NCBI GenBank assembly: GCA_030141605.1
Contig: JAQGDQ010000329.1
Coordinates: 203,028-267,027 of the forward strand
DNA length: 64,000 nt
Source of the DNA: Tubiluchus corallicola
Lineage: Eukaryota; Animalia; Priapulida
Reading direction: 5' to 3'
The notes beneath the pieces were generated by a model that saw only the letters and a program-made list of their open reading frames with translations, was not told the DNA's origin and ran no database searches. Shown in pieces: positions 1-11,900 of the stretch (position 1 is the stretch's first letter; each line of letters opens with the position of its first letter). The position numbers and the translations under genes are program-made.

Positions 1-340
1 CGCCACGTGAATTGGTTTAAGCAGCATGCTCTTACGGAAAGCCACAATGCGCTTACGAAAATCCACCAGTTACATCACAATTTTCAAGTGTATGGCGGCA
101 ACCACCGTGCCTGAAAATTTCTGTACAGCAGTAGTATAAATTAACTTTCTGGTTTATAGACAATTTTTGTCAATTTCTTTGTTATATTTTTCTAAATTTA
201 AGTGATGTACTTTCCTTTATTTCTCTACAGAAACAAAATTCTTGTCTATAAAACTTGTAAAGTTATAACTTTTGACAAAAGCAAAAAAATGAATTTAACA
301 ATGCAACTAATGACAGCATGCTAATGTAAAGCTCTATGAA

Positions 341-350
341 CAAAGGATAC
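341..350 (-). other. U12-type (minor spliceosome) 5' splice site of an EXOSC1 intron
   Basis: Minus strand directly after exon 351-401 reads GTATCCTTTG, the U12 donor consensus RTATCCTT. Confidence 0.85.
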
Positions 351-3300
351 TACTCTGGCTAAAATGATGTCACCGGGTCTGAAACTTTTGTAACACTCCA
401 CCTACAAAGACAACAAATAGCTGTATGGCGTGATCTATTCATTCAATAAACATAACAATAACATAAACCTTTGTTATATGCAGTTACGATAAGAAACCAA
501 ACAACATTTTTAAAAAAAGGATCAGTATTGCGTGTGTGCAAGTGTAAATAACAGTGATGGTGGTGGAATGGTGCTTAACGGAATAATGACCTTAAATACA
601 GTATGGCAGCATAAAAAAAACAGAGTTAGGGTAAACATACTTTATCTTTTTCCGTTGCTCTGATGTCTTCCTTACGTATTTGGCCTCTAAACGATTCCTG
701 CAGTACGCTGTCTTCCACACACAAAATAGCACATTTGCAATATCGTTGATATACATGAGTAATCTACTTGTATAAAAAACAGTTTTACTTTACATTTGAA
801 GTTCCAAAGTGAAGCGATTATAAAGGCACTTTAAAGAAAGCTATTTTCAAAGACAACTAAGCTTATATGTGTACATTTAAGTTCACAAAATTTTATACAA
901 AGATAATAATACAAATTTAATGCATTTTCCTTTTGAAATACAATCACTGTTACATGACTGAAATTTCACAATTCCATCACATAACATGCATAATCTGCAG
1001 ATTATGTAGTATAAAATAGTCATTAAAAACCATGTAACATCTTGTAAAATCAGTGAAAGTTTTCACCTTACCTTAGCTGTAACAATAGAACCAATGTGCG
1101 GTACAACCTTCTTTTCCACATCTCTTCTCACCTCAACAATCACTTTCTAATCATAAAATATAAAACAGCAATGAAACGGGTTTTGAGCACTATCTTTTGC
1201 ATACTAATAGTCTATATGCTATGCAGAAAATAGTGCAAATAATGTTTAAGTAAACAATTCACTACTTTTACATTACTTTTGCACTTTTCCATTTTCTTCT
1301 TTTGGCTTGGTTTGGTTTCAAAAATTTGGTAATTGTGGATTCGTTCCATCATTAACTGATAATGCCTTAATAAAAATAGTTAAATTAATGACAAAAATAA
1401 TCTAATTAATTGTAACTATACCAGCATGAGCAAACCAACACTTTGAGGTGGTGGTTTGGTTGGTGAAAGCTATTAGAATGAAATAAATCTTGCTTCGACC
1501 AAAGGTATTAAGGTTTATAATCTAAAGGTACAGTATGTAACAGGCTTCAACAGTATTCAACAGGCTCAGTCATAATTCTGTCACATAAAATTATTTACTT
1601 TTGGTCTAGTTTGACTTTAGAAATTTAACAATTTTCGATTCATTCTACAGCTTACTCGATAGTTATTTTTCTATCGACATGCAGCAGAAACAGTACTTAA
1701 AAGTAGGGCTGTCATATTTACATGTGTAAACATTAGCGTTTAGTTTAGTCACTCTAAATGTTTATTGATTTTTGTAAACAATAAATGATTGCCATTACCA
1801 TCACACTGCTTCTGAAATGACTATACTAGTAGTAGATGAAACACTTGCTTTTTTAACAGGGGGTATCTACAGTGATAATCTACTTTACTCATATATTATA
1901 ATTTTTTTAAATGTTATTTTCATCTGCTAGTAGCTAATATGTTACTATTTGATTGTGCATACCATCAGCATGAACATTTGTATATTTAACTCAGAAATTG
2001 AAGGGTTAAACTACTACAAGAGATAAACTTGTGCCATTTGAAATTTTGAACACTCCGAGCTTCTTTAATTTCCTGACATGGCTTATTAGTGAAATTTAAT
2101 GTTAAGTACTAAGCAGCCTGGCGAGCCTGTACAGCCAGACTGCTGCTTTTTGATACTCATAGGCTATCGAAGTATAATTTACCGCTACTATGGGGGAAAT
2201 ATTTGAAAGAATGGTTCACAAATTTCATGCCAAAGCAGCAGCTTCCCTCTCTGACTTTCATATTTTTACTATACGGCAGCAGACAAATTTGGCAGAATTT
2301 CATATTAAAATTCTTTAACAAACCTTTTAGTAGTAACAAACAATTGATAGCAATGACTACAATATTTAAAACAGAGCCACATGCAACCGTGTTTACCCAC
2401 ATAAAAGTTTATGTGTTAGGTAATCCAGATGTTACACTTGAACATAACATCAAAAGAATAACCAAATAGTTTAGGTAATAATAGCAGTTATTAATTAAGG
2501 CATCTACATGGTAAAGTTCAAGCTAGATCCTACAGATAAAAGTAATTATCAGCACAAATTTATTCTACATAGTCCCAAAGAATTTATTGCACGAGTTGGT
2601 ACCTTATACCTCCACTAATGCATAAACCTTGGCATATTATTTACATATAGAGTGTAAATGTAATCGTTCAATTTAAAAAACCTGACGGCCCTACTTATAA
2701 ATCCTATTAACAACTATTAATCATATACAAAAAATACTTTGTCATCTTTTTCATCCGACATGTGAACATAGCCAGCAAGACTTGCGTAGATAAAACCATG
2801 TCGACTGTAGGCTCCATTGCCCGGAATATGGTCATCACCTGAACGACAGATTCTCTGACCTAAACGAACATCAACACTAACATTACAAAAGTTTTACAAA
2901 TATTCATGTAAAAACAATAACATGCATTTTAAGCTTACTCGTTTACAATTTGTTTGCTTATTTAGTAAGCTATATATGCTTTCAAAAAATATAAGTATTG
3001 TAAAATGTGTGTGTAATATAATTTGCTCACATTTATAACGTAATTATTAAAACAATCTTATAATACAGTAGGCGCCGCTTAATAGACTCACTTTGGGACC
3101 CACGTATTTTGACCCAATTAACTGACTGATCCTATTAACCGATGGGTGTAGCATTACAGGTATAGAAGTATGAATCATCAGCTTACTACGCACTGCAAAG
3201 TTTTTTAATGAATTTTAGAAATGAAGTAATGCCTAAATTCTTTTGTGCAGTTAAAAATTAGAAAAAATATTTTAAAATATTAATTTATATAAGTGGATTA

Positions 3301-5744
3301 GCAATAAATTAAAAAGTATACTTTTCTAAATCACAGACTTTTCTCGAAGTCCGTTTATTTGCAAAAATTAAAAAATTTCTTCAAAGTCGGCTGCTTCATT
3401 TTCTCGCGAAGAAGTTGGCCCACAAAGTTCTCGTAATTATAAAAACGTTGAAAATCTGTTGTTGCGTGCCACTAAAATAGTTCTGAATCGTCTGCTCACT
3501 TACATTGCTCTTATTTGCTGTACGACGTTTCCTCTTGTAAGTCACAAGGAATACCAGCTGATTATACTGTACCTGCATCTTTGACTGTTAACTCATTAAG
3601 CCTGAAAGCTTGATTTGCAACGAGAGCATCAAAAGGAAACCGCTAGGCAAGTGATCAAATGTTTAGCTTCCAGAAATTCTTTGGATAACAGTGGGCGAGC
3701 AGGTAACAGATTCAGAGCAAAACTGCTATGCTAGCATATTAGCGCATGATAAACGTACCAGCTTACAAACAAAACAATACTAAATACATGATTATTTCTG
3801 TATACATAGCGCACAAAAGGGAAGTAAAGATGACATAAAAGTAGGAAAGGCTCTTTGGGCACATACAAATATCTTTTTTTAAGTAAGTGAATGAGAAATA
3901 CTGAGTCAATCATGCGGAGTTATTTGAGTCAATTACCTACAGTTTTTGTGTATATTTCAATAGAATGCCGTTCCAGGCATTTTTGAGTCAATTAAGCAAT
4001 TGAGTCTATTAACCGTGAGTCTATTAAGTGGTGCCTACTGTATTACAAAATATATACTTAATAGCTATTTAGAAAATTATGATAAAGACAAACATAATTT
4101 AAAAGTTTATAGCACGAACTCACAAATTGTGCCATAGTTATGACAACTTATCGTCTAAATGACACTTTATTATTTTATTTCCAGTTTTTTTATTTACTTA
4201 TGTTAATTTGTTGTTACATATGAATTTATCATGTTATATTAAAAGTTTTTCCAATGGCTTCAATGCTTGCTAAAGCAAGATCTGCCATTCCCTGAAGTTT
4301 CTGTGATGATTAATGATCAATTAACATAGCAGTCGTCCAATGGCAATGTTATCATAAAATGACAAATTTAAGCTAATTACTGACTGTCACAGACAAGTTT
4401 ATTTTACATATTACATACAATATTGTATATAAATATTACACTATTTATATATTTTATATATATATATGTATTGATTTTTATTTTCAATGATGACAAATTC
4501 ATTGTTGATAGGACAATAATATTAATACCAGGGTTTGCTCATGGGTGTTAACTTAGGATGGTATGGCACATTGCTCGGAATTCAAGCCTAACTTTGAAAT
4601 TTAACATTATTAAATTTCTATTCTTTCTTTCATTTACGAACTTGTTAAATCGGTGCAGAATTTGAGTAATGCAACATCTGCTTTAGGCTTATTTTGCTAA
4701 CTTTGGTTTGTTTGCATAATTTGCACACTTCTGTTTTGGCCTAAAATTCTGCTGTGTGTTACTGTGGATTTTTTTCTTTGGCCAAATATTTCTGCAGAGA
4801 ATTTGTTTCCTGTTTTTAGGTATTCTTGTCTAACTGTTTATGGTCACTACCATACAATGTGTGAACTACTTATCATTTAGTCTTATATTATTTTAAATGT
4901 TTGTGCTTTTTCAAGATATATGCTACAAACTATTGTACACAAGTTTTGTGTCAATCAAACCTCGCTTCACAGCATGTCTCTGTTTAGACATTGTCTATAC
5001 TAAAAGGTGAAATTTTGTTGGCTATTATCATTTCTATTTCTGTGGCTGACAGATAGCAGTTCACTGTTTTGCTCTACCCAAGACCTACAGTGCTGTTAAA
5101 ATTGCCCAATGTTGAATGCAATGTATGCCTAAGCACTGGTTGAGAAGCAAATAAGACTAAAAGTGGCTACCTAGCAATAATTTATTTATAAATTGTACTG
5201 ACGACTTTACTTTGGGAAGGATTTTATTTTTTGGTGTGACCACTTTACATAATTATAAGTTTTTTATTACTCAGGAACTGGTTAATTTCTTTACGTAAAT
5301 TCAATGCACTTTTTAACATGGGAACGCCTACACTAATATTTTTAAACAAGTCACGCCATCGCTGTATGCACTGCTATAATAGATTATAACAATTCTAACA
5401 GGACTAAAAATATAATTTTAATTACTAATTATTAATACTTTTCGTTTTAGTAGTACTTAATAGTAACACTACTGCTATGCCTGGCACGCTATTCACCAGT
5501 AAGTAAATGGCGTGTAGGTGTTAAGTAAGTAAAGTAAGTAAATGGCGTGTAAGCAAATAGTGGAGGCAATTATTGGTACTTGAACTTTTCTTTGACTTTA
5601 CCAGGGCAAAATGGACATTGCCACAAGGAATTGAAAGAAGTGAAAATAATTGCGATACTTCGATTATAATGATGTTTGTTATTTTTTTTTAATTTTAATG
5701 AAGAAAAAGTCACCAGGAACACAAATTGTCAAGTGTGCAGACAT
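351..5744 (-). CDS. EXOSC1: Exosome complex component CSL4 (EXOSC1), 5' part; 3' exons lie beyond the left edge
   Basis: Phase-consistent GT-AG exons 5714-5744 (MSAHLTICVPG), 2738-2859 (QRICRSGDDHIPGNGAYSRHGFIYASLAGYV...), 1072-1146 (KVIVEVRRDVEKKVVPHIGSIVTAK), 641-763 (ITHVYQRYCKCAIL...FRGQIRKEDIRATEKDK), 351-401 (VECYKSFRPGDIILARV). FRGxIRKEDxRATEKDK and FRPGDIxLAxV are hallmark Csl4 S1-domain motifs. Confidence 0.93.
3066..4040. mobile_element. Non-autonomous Tigger/pogo-like DNA transposon in an EXOSC1 intron
   Basis: ~26-bp TIRs CAGTAGGCGCCGCTTAATAGACTCAC / GTGAGTCTATTAAGTGGTGCCTACTG, with TA on both flanks; second copy at 17371. Confidence 0.85.
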
Positions 5745-5840
5745 GCTCTTTACAGATGAAATTTAGGAACGATTGATGCATCGTCACTTCCATATTCCAC
5801 AACGATCTTTCACTTTTTTCAACTTTATTATTGCACAATT

Positions 5841-5960
5841 GACTACGGCCAAATCACGTTGAAAACACCGGTTCTCGTCTGATCACCGAAGTTCAGCAAC
5901 GTAGAGCCTAGTTAGTACTTGGATGGGTGACCGCCTAGGAATACCAGGTGCTGTAAGCTT
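5841..5960 (+). rRNA. 5S rRNA-like head (probably the SINE's Pol III promoter rather than a functional 5S gene)
   Basis: GACTACGGCCA...GAAAACACCGGTTCTCGTCTGATCACCGAAGTTCAGCAAC...GTTAGTACTTGGATGGGTGACCGCCTAGGAATACCAGGTGCTGTAAGCTT matches metazoan 5S, including the internal control region, with several substitutions. Confidence 0.75.
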
Positions 5961-6243
5961 GCGGGATGCCCACACTGTATCTCGACACTAAGCGGAGGAG
6001 CTGCACAAGCAGCCAACGGCTAGAGGGCGAGGAGGTCAAGTTGCCCAACGACCATGTGTAGAGGAGTAAACCTTCCAAATCAGGAGTGGAGCCCCGAAGG
6101 CGGACCAGTGCACCCTGGAGATGTCAAGGATCAGATTGCTCAGCCACAGTCGGCACTGCGGCTCCATCAATGTGATCAATAACTGATTCTCTTAGTGCAC
6201 ACTCCATTGTCTTCCGAGACAGAAGGATGCCAACCATCCAACC
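5841..6243 (+). mobile_element. 5S rRNA-derived SINE (SINE3-type)
   Basis: 5841-5960 is a near full-length 5S rRNA-like sequence with no oligo-T terminator. It is followed by a ~280-bp GC-richer body ending CCAACCATCCAACC and flanked by a 14-bp direct repeat ATTATTGCACAATT (5827-5840, 6244-6257). Confidence 0.82.
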
Positions 6244-6257
6244 ATTATTGCACAATT

Positions 6258-6480
6258 CAATTTCAATTCAATTTCAATTTATTGCTCTAATACATAAATA
6301 TTGTGTACATTGGCAAAACACAGTACAGTACATGTAAATTGCACAAATACATTAATGTGCCATGGCAAAAATTGTCAATTACAAAAAAATGATAGTATAA
6401 GAACAAATACAATTATGCAACATTGAAAACCATGAGTTTGTACAACTTACTTAAATAGCCTACTTAAATTTAATATAAAA
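6258..6480 (-). mobile_element. Probable 3' tail fragment of a CR1/L2-type LINE
   Basis: Minus strand ends ...GCAATAAA followed by (TTGAA/TTGAAA)n short repeats, typical of CR1-clade 3' ends; boundaries approximate. Confidence 0.35.
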
Positions 6481-8830
6481 TTATGTGATCACTACGCAGA
6501 TTTAGTACCAAAGCAAGGGGGCGATAATTATTATTCACCAGATGCTCATTGCTCACCCTTGCAGTTAGCCAGCTACCCCTTCACAGTTGATACTTGAATA
6601 TACTTGAAAATTATGATGTAACTGATGGATTCTGTGACTTTTGACATGCTGCTTAAATTAATTCAAACTTCTGCAGCTTACCAGTCCTAACATTCATGCA
6701 AAAATATCACAAAATTAGCTATCTAATTTTTTTTGTAATAACTTATTATTATATTTTTGACGAAAGCTTATAGTGTATTACTTTTTTCAAAATGAATAAC
6801 GTCATTAGAAGACGAATGGGCTTTGAAAATAGATGGGACTTTGAAAACAGAGCGCCCAAGCCTGAAGTGATTGTGACTTCAAATTTAAAAGTGATTTTAC
6901 TAGTTAAGCGAGGCACTTATTACAATTTTATTACTAAATCCTTCTAACATTTTCGCAAACATTGAAACAAGCCTGTCTTCCCACAAAGCTACAGGTCTTT
7001 CCCGCAAAGATTTCTGCATCGCATTTTTTATATCATTTTCAATTCACATAATTTGGACACTATAAAAATGCATTCTGCCCAGTTTTGCTAGTTTCTACAA
7101 AATTATATTGATCCGTATTTTCCTCAAAATTGGATCCAATTAAATGTGCTAAAATGTATCAATGTTAAAATGTTATTGACATTAAAATTAATTATTTCGC
7201 AAATTTCTAATTATTGCAGAAATTGGGGAATGAAATATCTGTGTGGCCACATTGTGCGCTTGGTTGCGAGATAAAGCAAGTCCTGATTTAGTTAATAATT
7301 AGATTATGGATAAGTCACATGTCAAAAAATTTGAGCTTCGATTTTATTAAATGAAATGCAATTCTTAGGTAATCAAGCATGGCAAACTCAATGGAGGCAA
7401 TATTAAACATTACTAGTGTACGTTACTTCTGGCATGCTCAAGCTTTGGTGATGGATATTATTACAAATCTCTGACGTGGTTTATTTTTATGAAGTTTTAC
7501 ACTAGAACTATGAAATATTTGTTTTATGAAAATATTGGCTTGTTTTTCTTTCATTGGTGATGCAGTCGTGGAGTGCAGCTGGAAATCAGTCAGTAAGTTG
7601 GGAAAAAATAACCCACATTGCAAATTTTCAAAATGCGCAGCAAATTTAGGAAATTGTGAAAATCACAGGATTATTAAATTTTGTTGTGGTTTTTTGTATT
7701 TGTTTGTTTCATCCTTAAGTTTTTGAGCTTCAAAGTTAATATATTATAGCTGACCAGCATATACTACGGTCCCATAATTTTAGTTTAACATGATAGTTTG
7801 TGGTACTCAGTCAGTAGTTTCTATTGTCAATTTGTCATAGTCGCGCCTGTGGATAGTGTTTACATTCACTTTGTACATTCAATGCTGATAATATATTCAC
7901 AGTTGATGTGATTTAAATTTCACTGTGTTACTTGATAACCTCAATACGAGAAAGTGGTGATGTCAGATAAACATGGTCGTTCATCAAGTTTAAATATAGT
8001 GGAGGTAATTACGGAGTAACATTAGCCAATGCTGGGATGGCTATTTTCCGAGGTTTAGTTAACAGATATCTGAGATAGTGTTGCATGACCAAGGCATAAG
8101 TTTACTACGTCACACTACTTTTCATTAGTCATTACTCCTTTAAATTAATTAATTGATCATCACTGCATCACGTAATTTAAAAGTACTTGAGTTGGTGTGT
8201 GTGATTGGATAACGTATGTTTTTAGCCACCGCTTTCCATTTGTCTGGCTATCTGTTCATTGTACTAATTTCGTGTATATATTACTTTGGGATAAAAATGA
8301 AATGATGTAGTTGGTTTTGATTTGAGACATGTTACTGTTGCCATTCATCTCTATACAATATTACTGCTAACAAAAAGCAGCAAAATGTAGCACACAGAGT
8401 AGCTGTCAGCTGCGTCACAGTTGGACGGACCATATCAAACAAGAAAACATTGGTCAAGCTTCTTGCTATGAAACCTTGCTGCTTTGTTTTTTATTTTTGT
8501 TCTGTTCTTTGAGATTCTTTTGCATCAGACTTTACTTTCCAGAATATGCATTGCTCTTTGTGTAATATAGTAAACTTTGTAAGAATTAGTATTTAGCCTG
8601 GTAGGCCTCTTTTTTGTTTCTCTCTGCAAAATGTACTTAAAATTTAAATTTTATTGATGCTGGCATTGACCCGTATGTGACCTTGAACTCAGCCTTGTTT
8701 GAAATGTTCAACCTCCACCTCAATACAAAATTTATTTGGGGCTACAGCCCAGATCATTACTATAATTTTTCATAACTATTTTTGCTTATAAGGATTTTTT
8801 AAAAAGACCTACCATTCCCACTTTACAACT

Positions 8831-8872
<42 letters not shown>

Positions 8873-8904
8873 AAATAGTTAAGTTTGATTTGCATATTTT
8901 GCAG

Positions 8905-11900
8905 GCTTCCACTGGCTATGGCTCAGAATTTGAATATGATAGTGAACGAGAAAGAAAACGGTATGGTAATTAGACTTCATCACAGACTGTATAGTGACAT
9001 TAATGTCTGCTAAATACTAAATGTTTTTTATATTAGGAATAGGAATCCCCGAAGGCACATTTTCATCAAGCAAATCAAAGCCAATTTTTTATGCTTGATT
9101 GTCATTCTACCGAAGTTCATCCGCGTAATCTGTGTTGTACTGAGCCTAGTTCCGAATAAAATATCAAGTTAAAGTGGAACATCTGAACAGAGCCAAGCCG
9201 AATTTTTTACTGAAACCGAATTGAATTTTCTTGTAATATATTACTTAGAATGCAAACATTCCAGCAATTGAAAGGAATTGTAAAATTTGTGACATTTAAA
9301 TCGTTTTAAATTGGTAGTGGTTAGTGATCTCTGTAAAATTGTTCTGGTTGCTGAATCTGTGTTTTTATTTAATGATTAATGTAGTAAGGCATTACATATT
9401 TTAAAACATTTTAATTATTTAAAAAGCAGTCTAAGCTTTCACTAATTTATTTTCTCATGTACAAGCGAATACTCTGCGACCACACTATTGTGCATTGACA
9501 CTCATGAGTTGGATAGGGACCTACTGATGGTGCATCACACTTTTCAAGTTGTACAGAAACAGTACAAAAACAGAAACAAAATGTCTGGTGTTGTGCCATG
9601 TTGGCTGTTTACTATCACCTTTTTTCTGATAAGTTTTTGAGAGTAGCAGGCAAATATTTGGTCTGTTTAATATCATTTTCACAAAATGTTACCATAAGCT
9701 TTTTCATGTTACCACGATAATATTACCAATGATTGATGATGATCGTAAAAAGGTCAAAGGTTAAGTGTACCAAACAGCGTATTTGTGTACACTTGACAAT
9801 GCCTCCCAACCCAAGCTACTATAATACTAACAGTTTTAACAGCTAACTGGATAACTCTACGCACAGACTAATGCATAATTAAAGTCCACTTAAAACAGCT
9901 GAAGTTACTAAACTGATATGGGAGACGGCTTTGTTTACCCACATTTCACGTGACTATTGTACTTAAGACACGTTGCTGTGGTACATTTAACCTTTGACCT
10001 ACAGCAACTGTGAGTGTGCACAACGAAACTGTGAAATGATATACATACATACTTACGTTATATGTGCATTGTCACAAAGACATGCTTTCCAGCTGTTTAA
10101 CTTTGCAACTTTTTAGTGTACAGTCCAGAAAGTATGCCAAAATTCAAAAGCCTTTTCCTCTTTTAATACCGTTACAACATAATTTGTTTATATTTCGCCA
10201 GACGTGTTTGCTGTTTACATCTTTTTTCTGCTGGATAGATGTAATTTTACATGAATGTCACCATTTTATATCAGGTTAGTTATGCATGTCTATTGCTACT
10301 ACTTTTTCTAACTTGTATGTTCAGTTGATGCTCAGGTAACTTTTTCTTCTCATTTCAGTTTTAAGAGGAATGATCTAACTGCAAAAGAACCCATCCGAGC
10401 TGAGAATACTTGTTCGTCGAAGAAACATTATGAAAAAGAGCTTAAGAGGTTGGCCCATTTTAACAGTTTGGGGTGATGATTTATAAATAAAATGTAATTT
10501 TGGCAATCCTAACAAACCATGTAATTATATTTAAAGCATCACTTTAGTCATAAAATGAAATTCTAGTACCTGTAGAAGTTGAGCACCAGGTTCATTTGAT
10601 GTATTAATCCCTGATTGCGTTATCAGACCAGTCAGTTTTATCATCTTATTTATTTTTTGAGTTGTTTTGAGCATAACAATAATTGGTTATTCTTATTCAT
10701 CCTGTCCTCTGTCTGTTTGCTCATGCCACTGTTTTATTTGTCACTTAGTAAATTAAAATTAGCAAAAATTTGCTCATTTATTCTAACTATACCGGTTCAT
10801 ATCTGTGTCTGACTTTGTCTAAGAAATCCATCATGTAAAATGTTATTTTTACAATTTTTTAAGAATGAAACGTCGAGCTAGGAGTGCATCCCCAGTGCAT
10901 GAGCGAACAGACAGGGTAAAGTCGCACAACCGAAAGAAAAGACATCACCATAATGATATGAACCAAGAGCCTGACAGTGACGAACATGAATCAGACCGGT
11001 CTTCACACAGAAAAAAACGCAAGAGGCGATCGCCAATCATAAAGAGAGAGCCTTCGGCAGACCTAGATCCCAATCTGCCAATCAAAACTGAGCCTGTGGA
11101 TAATGGTTATGGTAGACGTTCACATTCGAGGCAGGATAGCCAAGATGTTAGTCGGCTTCATGACAAAGACGATAAAAATAAAAAGGCAAAATCAACTGAA
11201 AAACAAAAGCCAAATTTCGAAATCAGTGGTAAACTTGCAGAGGACACTAACACATATCGTGGAGTTGTAATAAAGTACAACCAACCGCCGGAAGCAAGAA
11301 GGCCCAAAACTCGTTGGAGGTTGTATCCGTTTAAGGGAGAAGCTACACTCCCTGTGCTGTATGTACATCGTCAAAGTGCGTATCTACTTGGTAGAGATCG
11401 ACTAGTGGCTGATATACCTGTTGATCATCCGTCGTGTTCAAAGCAGCATGCAGTGTTGCAGTTTCGGCTGGTGAACTATAACCGAGAAGATGGAACAGTT
11501 GGTCGTAGAGTCAGGCCATTCATAATTGATCTGGAGTCAGCTAACGGCACGTTTGTAAATAACAAAAAAATTGAGTCCAGGGTTTATGTAGAATTGATGG
11601 AAAAAGATGTGCTGAAGTTTGGCTACAGTTCTCGTGAATATGTGCTGCTGCATGAACAGTCCAAAGATGATGAAGCTGATCACGAGGATGCTGACTAATT
11701 TGACTTATTTGCTTATTTCAAATTCTTATCTTGTGTTTTTGACTAAGAAGTTAGACATTCTTAAACATGTGTAATTAGACCTTTGAAGTCTAGGGCTCTT
11801 TAGGATAAAATGGCAACATCATTGCAGCAACTTTTATCGATAATTGAATTGATCTGTCTATGTCTCCATTATTAAATGAAAATATGTGAACAGTATGTCC

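Noticed and set aside
4124-4135. ATG GCA CAA TTT|GTGAGT on the minus strand as the EXOSC1 first exon
   Set aside because: Phase 0 does not fit the next exon (phase 1); 5714-5744 fits and encodes the conserved CVPG.
4558-4566. ATG|GTATGG as the FRA10AC1 start exon
   Set aside because: Phase fits, but it lies inside EXOSC1 intron 1 and has no other support.
5841-5960. Bona fide 5S rRNA gene
   Set aside because: Solitary, has substitutions, lacks a T-run terminator, and lies within a larger TSD-flanked unit.
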